NCBI RefSeq assembly: GCF_009914755.1
Contig: NC_060929.1
Source: the human T2T-CHM13v2.0 reference genome, Homo sapiens
Length of the DNA: 64,000 bases
Direction: 5' to 3' (one strand)
Position 1 is the stretch's first letter, and each line of letters starts with the position of its first letter. Positions 53,859 through 64,000 of this stretch are shown here, piece after piece. The position numbers and the translations under genes were made by a program. The notes below the pieces were generated by a model. It had not been told where the DNA came from and searched no databases. It saw nothing but the letters and a program-made list of their open reading frames with translations.

Positions 53859-56162
53859 CTATCTCAGGGAGCATTCAAATGCCTTCCTTCACATTTCGTT
53901 TTGTTTATACAGGTCTCTTTTCTACCAGACTGTGAGAATGGTTTCCACCTGGGGACCCAGAGCACTACCAGGTACAGATAGTTACTCATTTAGTATTTAT
54001 TAAGCACCTAGTAGGTGTTTAAATAAATTATAAATTAATTATACATTAAATAAATATTGAATGAATAACTGTACCTGTCTTGTTCATTCAGCATCCAGCA
54101 CAGGTGTACAACAGACATTTGTGGGATGAATGAACACAGGATAAATGAAGACTTCTAGAAACCCTTCCTCCTCTACACAAGGCTCCAGGCATCCTTATAA
54201 ATTTATAATCTTATAAATTAAAGATGACTCCTTCTTGCCTATAAGTAGAAAGAAGGCTTCAGTTAAGTGAAGATCCAGTTAAGTCAGGTTTACTCTGTCC
54301 AAGAAGCTCAACTTTTGCCACCCAGTTTTAACACCTGATGGTGGCACAGTTGCACCACATACAATTTTCAGGACTCTGATGAATGCGCTGGGCGTTTCTG
54401 CACTAACCCTCCTAACCAGTGTGCCAATGGGATTTGGCAAAACTATGAGCAGTGACAGAATGACAGAACCAAGGAATCATGAGATTTGCTATAAGCAAGA
54501 CAGAGAGCCAGGAAATGAGGAGGGGAGAGCGCTCTGGGCTGTGACTCTGGGTTGGCTGGAGCACACCCTGGAGTGGCACAGGGCTCAGGGCTGGCACTTC
54601 CTCCAAGACTTGCTCTGGGGCCAGGTCCAAGACTACAATCTCCTTGCTGTTTTTCCATGGCAGTAGCTTAGACTGTAGTTCTCTGCCATGAAGTGGTTCA
54701 GAGAATGCATGGAGTTGCTTTTTCAGCACCAGTTCTTTCAGAGCAAGTTGCTTCATTTCACTCAGAGCACTCAACTTATTGAAACTGATGAAAAAAGGTT
54801 CATTCATTTGATCTACCAGGAGTCTCCACTTAGGCTTCAGGACGTTTAGTTGTTAAGTGAAGACACCTACTGGTGGAGCGTGATATTGCAGCCAAGCTCT
54901 ATAATGCCATAATAATTGCAATCTCTAAATGTTGCGGCAGGCAACTAAAGCTAAATTCTAGGAGTTGCCAAGTGTGAAATCAAAGGATTCCTAGGCAAGG
55001 ATTATCACTTTTGTGGCCCAGCAGGAAATATGAGAGAAGAGGGGATGAGAAAGAGGAAAGTCTGACATTGGAAGGGTGATTTTTATTATCAAGTGTTATA
55101 AAATACTCTCAAGAGGTACAGTGCCTTATCTACCACAGAAGTTTTCTGTTTGGGCATATTTTTTCTTCATGATGACATGTCTTGAATTTTTAAGATGAAG
55201 GGTAAAGGGGATTTTCCTTCCAAAAATTCACTATACTGTCAATCTTGCTGAAAGAGTCAGTAAACAAAGAATGCTTTTAAGTAAAGGTTAGAAAAATCAG
55301 GAAGAAATATGTTCCTCAAATAATTGCATGATCTCTTGACTTTTAGTGAGAAGATTCATTTTCTGCAGGATGAGCAGAATTTGAGACCACATTAGCCAAA
55401 GTCTGTAGGAGCCAGCCAGCCAGCCATGACTGGGAAACGCCAGAGGCAGATAAGCCTTCTCCAAAGCAGAGTTTTGGTGTAGAAATCTCAGGAGTTAGTC
55501 TGTCAATGTTAGATCCCTTCAAAATTCAATCCAAAAGGCTTATTCTAAAATAAAGGAAGTGTTCAAAGGTCACATAAGATATAAGGCTAATCCCAGCTTG
55601 GATTCTTAGTTTGAATGAAGAAAGATGCTATTTTCCAACCAGTTGAACTATAAATAAATCCATCCCCATCATTTCAGGTGAATGACGTAACAGCAGTCAC
55701 CACAAATTAGAGCTTTTTCTCCCTTTTCCAGACAAATCCCCTCATCAAGCCCGTTCCGACTGGACATTTGTGTTTGTCACAAACCAGAGCTGTCTCTTTC
55801 CTCTCTTCTCTACCCTCCCACACCCATTCCTTCTAGGGAAAGTCTCTGCATACTCGAAACCAGAAACTCTGCCAGCCCAAGAGTGGCAGCTCCTCTTCTC
55901 TCTGCTCTTTTCTGAGAAACATATAATTATCCCCGGGGCTCGGGAACTATTTGCAGCTTTAGCAGGATGCCATGGCTCTGGCCAGTACCTATTAAACTAG
56001 AAAGAGGAGCTATAAATGGACTGGCTGGGAAAAGGCTGAAGTTAATTCTCGACGCCATTCCCTGAGGCAGAGAGAATGACTGTGGGGCCTGTGAAGTTGA
56101 CCACAGGGCCCGTACCCAGGGGCAGCAAAGGTACTGGAGCTTTTGAATTTGGAATTTCTACT

Positions 56163-56578
56163 TGATATGGTTTGGATCTGCGTCCCCACCCAAATCTCAT
56201 GTCGAACTGTAATCCCCAATGTTGGAGGTGGGGGCTGGTGGGAGGTGATTGGATCATGGGGGTGGGTCCTTCATGAATGGTTCAGCTCCATCCCTTTGGT
56301 GCTGTCTCGAGATGGAGTTCTCAGGAGATCTGGTTGTTTAAAAGTGTGTAGCACTGCCCCTCTCTCTCTTGGTCCTGCTCCTGCCATATAAAAACTGCTT
56401 GCTCCACCTTTGCCTTCCATCATGATGGAAAGCTCCCGGAGGCCTCCCCAGAAGCTGAGCAGAAGCCACTGTGCTTCCCGTACAGCCTGCAGAACGATGA
56501 GCAAATGAAACCTCTTTTCTTTATAAATTATCCAGTCACAGGTATTTCTTTACAGAAGTGTGAGAATGAACTAATATA
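56163..56578 (+). mobile_element. MST-like solo LTR
   Basis: tgatatggtttggatctg...actaatata, 5-bp TSD ctact. Confidence 0.88.
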
Positions 56579-57606
56579 CTACTGCTGGTCAGGGGCACCC
56601 ATGTATTTTAAGTAACAGTAGTAGTAATAAAAACGGCATCAAGCATACATTACTGACAATGTGCCAGGCACTATTCTAGGTGCCTTACAAATATGATTAT
56701 AAATCCTATAATAATCCCACAAGGCAGATTGCTATATCAACCCCAGTTTACAGATAAGGAAACTGAGGCCCATGAGAGGGGGTATCCTTTTTCACTTCTA
56801 GGATCTCTGTTCGCACCCCTGATCCTCATCAACCCCTTCAAACCTCCTGGCACCCTAGGAAATTAAAGAGCGCTGGATTCTGGAAGTTCCGAAGTCCACA
56901 TTGGCTCCAGGTAAGGTATGGGCCGGGGCCTTTGCAGATGTGGAGGATGATCTTGGGTGGCAGGAAGAAAAAGTTGGGCCACTGTTTATATAAATGTATA
57001 AACCCCAGGGGAGAGCTCAATTATTCCTCTGTGCATACGCAATTTCCCACCTTCTCTTTCTCCATAATTGCTTCTGAGAGAAGAGTTGTGTCATCCAGGA
57101 AATGGAAAGCTTATTAGGAGGGAATATAATGTATTTTAGGGAGAATGGCAATAGGGACGGGAGTCGCTTGACGCTGCATCTGTCATTGCCCAAAAAGGGC
57201 TGGGGTCTGGCGCCAAGGATGTCAAATGGACATGGCCCAAATCTACCGCACATTCCTGCTTCCCAGCCTGTGCCTGGCGATCCCCTCAGCCCGGGATGCC
57301 CCTCATTCTATGGAAACCTTCTGATCCTTCATCAAGACCCAGGGTCCCTCCTTTCCGATCCCTTATCACACCTGAGAAGAATGCTCTTAGCTCTCAGCTA
57401 CCATATTGCTCTGTATAAAGTGGAACAAAGGCATTTAACTCCCGATAGCATGGCTAGGAAGAAGTCTGCCTCCCCTTCTCCATGAAGGCATTCTCTGAGA
57501 AAGACTCCAAGTCTCAACCACTTGGCAGTTTTTTGGTATATTGGATGAAACAACCTCAAATACTATTTTTGGGAAATGGGATGGGGTATCAACCAATCAA
57601 TCAAGC

Positions 57607-57650
57607 ATCCATCCATCCATCCATCCATCCATCCATCCATCCATCCATCC
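57607..57650. repeat. (CCAT)n tetranucleotide repeat
   Basis: Seen directly. Confidence 0.92.
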
Positions 57651-57818
57651 CTCCACCAGTTCAGCCACCCCTCCTTCCCTTCCCTCCCTCCTGCCAACCA
57701 TCCACCCATCCACATCACTGTATCCTCAGCATGGAACCCAGAGCCTGGTGCACAGTTGGTGCTCGGCTGGAGTTTGCCGAAAACTGAACGAAGAGAAGAA
57801 AATAGAAAATATTCTTAC

Positions 57819-57844
57819 CAGATTTCTTTTTCCCAATGTGCTCC
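57819..57844 (-). CDS. SH3PXD2B: SH3PXD2B exon 6, 26-nt microexon (EHIGKKKS)
   Basis: tttcctgtacag|G GAG CAC ATT GGG AAA AAG AAA TCT G|gtaaga; branch-like TACTGAC at 57881-57887; phase joins exon 7. Confidence 0.93.
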
Positions 57845-58428
57845 CTGTACAGGAAAGAAAGGGGGTGGGAAGAGTAACGAGTCAGTACTTGCCATGTATT
57901 GACGTGAGTTATTCTGCCGGGAAACTGAGATTCTCCACCCCCCACAACATCATCAGTGAATGAATAAAATCCAGGCCAACTAGAGGAACCCTGACTTCTT
58001 CAAAGAGAAAGAACTTCTCTTAATTTTCCCCCTTTGCCTGATAAGTGCTCTGGTGCCCTGGGGACCAGTGTCTCCATTTATTTGTAGACTGGAAGCCCTG
58101 GGGAGGAGCCGAAGGGGATTGCAGTTTGAAAATAGGAGTTAGGTCCTCACACTGCACTGAGCCTGATGCCTACCTCATCAGGCACAGCAGAGGTCCCTGC
58201 CCCATTTCTTGGGGTCCCCTAAGCCATAGACATGGGGCAGAAAGTGCTTGGCAGTAAGTGTACAGGGAACACATTAAAACTGGGCAGAAGTTTGGACAGC
58301 AGTGAACACAGTGCACCTCCCAAGTGGTGAGAGGGGACACTACTATGGGCTAGAATTCACAGGGAATAATGAATAGTGAGTCCCTTACCGTCGTCACCCG
58401 TGTCAGAGTTTATAAATGCAACTGTATC

Positions 58429-58708
58429 GGCCAGGCATGGTGCTTCACGCCTGTAATCCCAGCACTTTGGGAGGCTGAGGCGGATGGATCACCTGAGGTC
58501 AGGAGTTTGAGACCAGCCTGGCCAACATGGTGAAATCCCATCTCTACTAAAAATACAAAAATTAGCTGGGCATGATGGCACATGCCTGTGGTCCCAGCTA
58601 CTCGGGAAGCTGAGACAGGAGAATCAATTGAACCTGGGAGGTGGAGGTGCAGTGAGCCGAGATCGTGCCACTGCACTCTAGCCTGGGTGACAGAGCAAGA
58701 CTCCATCT
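58429..58708 (+). mobile_element. Alu with tail replaced by G-rich sequence
   Basis: Dimer flanked by gcaactgtatc on both sides. Confidence 0.88.
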
Positions 58709-59059
58709 TGGTGGGGGGAGTGGGGAAAGCAACTGTATCACAAATGCAGCATTACAAATTAGGGCTTACAAAGCACTTTAAGTTATCTCATGAGTAATGA
58801 AGTTTGCAGTGGTTGGGTTGGGATGGACATTGTGGCAACAGTAGCATTAGCTAATATTATTAAATGGTGCTAGACCCAGTGCCGGCACCCTGCTAGGCAT
58901 TTGTAGTTCACTCATTCAATACTCACAACGATCCCAGGAAATAAGTATTATTCTTATTCCCATTTTACAGACGAGGAACAGAGAGGCTAAGTAATTTGCT
59001 CAAGGTCACACAGCTAGCAAGTAGCACAGCTAGAATTGGAACCCAGATCGAACTAACTT

Positions 59060-60532
<1,473 letters not shown>

Positions 60533-62460
60533 TAACCACCATGTAATAATGCTTCAGAGCAACCTGGGAGAGAGCAGTGAGGGAGCCAAGCCCAAGAGCA
60601 GGGGCTACAGTCCTCCTGTATGTCTGGGAGGCGCAGCAGAGTCTGGCCAGGTCGGGCTGGGCTGGTGGTGATGTCCTCCCTCCAGGGATAACATCACTGA
60701 GGTTGACCTTCACAGCGCCCATGCAGAGAAGGGTGAGGGTCAGAGTGGAATGTCCTAGCTCACCTTCACTGGCACTCACTGGGTCCTGGTCAGAAAGCTA
60801 CACTTGGACTGCCTCACTGCGTCCGCATACATCCCTTTGAGGGTTACTCCATTTTGCAGATGAAGATACTGACGCCCAGAGAGGTGAGGTACCAGGCCCA
60901 GGACTGGAACCCAGGAAGTCTGGCTGGAGCCCACTCTCCTGACCACCACCTGGACCATCCAGTGACTGAAGCTCCCCTCTTGGCTGCTGCATCAAGACAC
61001 ACTAACGAAGGTTCCACCAGGCTGCTTCTACAGAAAGCACCAGCTGCCAGAGTTGCCATCCAGGCCTGCGACCTGAGCCGTGGTCTGGGCTTAAGACCCG
61101 GGCTCCTGCTGAGCCATGCACCCCTGCTTCCACTGTCCCAGCCAGAGCAGAGGAGTGGGGGCGGCAGGGGACTCTTGGGTTCAGGCAGCCACAGCATGCG
61201 TTTGCTCAAGCAGGTGGGTCATCTTCTTGGTGTGACATGCTTGGGGTGTTCCCAAGTTTTCCTACTCATGGCGGCCAAAACCCTCCTCCAATAGCACCAG
61301 CTGGCTAGGAAAGACGCCCAAAGTCCATGTCAAGCCCTAACATGGGTTGACCTTCAGGATCCTGACCAACAGACCAACCCCAATGGGTATAACCCTCAAG
61401 TTCACCATCCCTAAACCAACAACCAGGACCCAGCTGAGACTGCCTGCTGTGGCCCCAGAACCATCCCTTGGGCCCTTGGCAACCACCTTCCTTCCTTTTC
61501 AAATCCTGGCTTAAAGACAGGAAGGCATCACTAGGTAAGCACCTGCCCTGTGCCAGACACCATCCTTTATGGGCAGGGTCTTGCTTAGTCCTCACAACCA
61601 AGCTGTGAGCCAGGGTAGTGACGCCCGCTTTACTGATGAGAAAATAAGCTCAGAGAAGTCAAGTCATTTGTCCAAGGTCACACAGCTGGGAAGGGACAAA
61701 GAGATTTGAACCTTCCCTTTCTTTTCAGGAAGGCTCTCAGAACCAGATACATATACTCCAGCATGATGGACGTATATAAGATATGAGATAAGCATGCTAG
61801 CTTATCTCAGCTGTTACTTGGTGCTTTCTTTGGTACAGTCTGGGCTGTGTTTTGTATTTTCAGTGGATGTTCTATTTGTGTATGCATGGGTGCCTGTGTA
61901 CCCACATGTTCACACAGCTTTTCCCACCACTGTGAAAGTCAGCAGGCCCTCCCTATCTGGCTGATGAATGAACAATGCCAGTGCCCTTGGCTGGATGCAG
62001 CATGGGCTGAGAGCTCCTGTCCTGCGCTATTTCTACAAGCCCAAGCCAGCAAGCTAGTGAGGCTGCCTCTGCCACCAAAGAGAGGAAGCCAGAGAGTACC
62101 ACAAAGCCACCATGCAGCCTCCGGGACTTCCCACCTCCTCTCGAGGGCTGGCTCACACCCTTTGTCCCCGAGTGTCCTTCCTTCTTGAATGAAGATGACC
62201 AGACTCCTCCCAAGCACAGCAGCTGCCCCTGGCCTGGCCCTCTCCCCTCTGTGTGTCTAAGTTGGTCTGATGCTTGCTCAGAGGCTGGGGCCACTGCAAC
62301 CACCCTTGCCAGGGAGAGGGCAGAGGCATCCCAGCACTAACACTGGGAAGGGCCGCCAGCGCGGGGCTTCTTCACCTCAGGTCCATGTACAGGATTCTGC
62401 ACAAATAAGGACCTCCTGAAACTGCAGGTGCTCTTCCAGGAAGAGGGAAGAAAGCTTTTG

Positions 62461-62544
62461 TTGGAATCTCTAAGTGGTCCATGATGCTCCCCAAAGTTAA
62501 ACTTGGATTCTCTAAGTGGTCCAAGATGCTCCCCAAAGTTAAAG
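62461..62544. repeat. 42-bp tandem duplication
   Basis: ttgga(a/t)tctctaagtggtcca(t/a)gatgctccccaaagttaaa x2. Confidence 0.9.
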
Positions 62545-62817
62545 TAGAAGAAAATCTGGCTATCATTGAATCCAGGGGCCCAAGGAATGCACACCAATGC
62601 CAATACTACCCTCGTGGCTGCTGTCTGCTCCTTCCTCTGCCCTTGGGCAATATGGTCTGTAGAGCAGTTCCAAGTGATTTTCTCCACATCTTCTCATTTG
62701 ATTCCCCAAGCAATTCTGTGAGGGAGGTGTCATCAGGCCCATCTTACATAAGAGGAGACTGAGGCAAGGGGCAGAAAAACCTGCCCAATCTTACCCAGCT
62801 TGAAAGTGGCTCCTATA

Positions 62818-63570
<753 letters not shown>

Positions 63571-64000
63571 AGTAGTCAGGCAATTTTCCCTGCTGAGGGT
63601 ATATCAGGCTGGGCATCTTGATCAACTCTTAAGAGACAGCGCTGGAATAAAGACAACAATGTCTGGTCATTCCAAGAGGGGCACTACCATGAGCCGCCAC
63701 TTCCTGAGCAGCTGGCAAGGTCTTAGAATTTTTCCCTGTGGCAGTCACTCAGTCCTCAACATTACCCTACAAAGTACAGCTACTCCCATTTCACAATAGA
63801 GCAAGTGGAAGCCCAGAAGCAAAGTGAGGGAGGCCCATGGCCACAAAGCCCAGGAGTGGCAGAGGCAGGATTCGAACCTGGGTGTACTAGATTCCAAACT
63901 CAGGCTCTTTTCTATCAAGTGAGCCTCTTGTGTGGGACTGAGCTTAGGTTCAGACTCAGGCTGACCTGGGGAAAATTCACCTTCACCTCTTCCAAACTGT

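Noticed and set aside
58375-58410. Minus-strand donor-like ACG|GTAAGG as an alternative first exon in intron 5
   Set aside because: Abuts an Alu with no promoter or acceptor evidence; cannot be supported from sequence alone

Overview
Human-type (primate) genomic DNA carrying the 3' part of SH3PXD2B (TKS4, PX + 4 SH3 podosome scaffold; recalled locus 5q35.1) on the minus strand. Eight frame-consistent GT-AG coding exons were reconstructed (exons 6-13 by recalled numbering; 26, 135, 105, 118, 227, 50, 126 and 1548 coding nt), plus a ~4.9 kb 3' UTR ending near 17.77 kb. Two further exons are supported by sequence: an 84-nt in-frame cassette exon (40933-41016) between SH3-1 and SH3-2 with downstream RBFOX motifs and flanking inverted Alus, and a distal alternative last exon (9535-9639) that truncates the protein inside SH3-3. 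The rest is Alu-dense intron and intergenic DNA with ERV1/MaLR LTRs, L1/L2/MIR and DNA transposon relics and simple repeats. Almost all other listed ORFs are repeat-derived or antisense shadows. I see no evidence of a wholly new system. The most interesting signals concern splicing regulation (cassette exon, a junction that regenerates its own 5' splice site, decoy sites) and a local templated duplication. Repeat subfamilies and boundaries were called by eye and are approximate.
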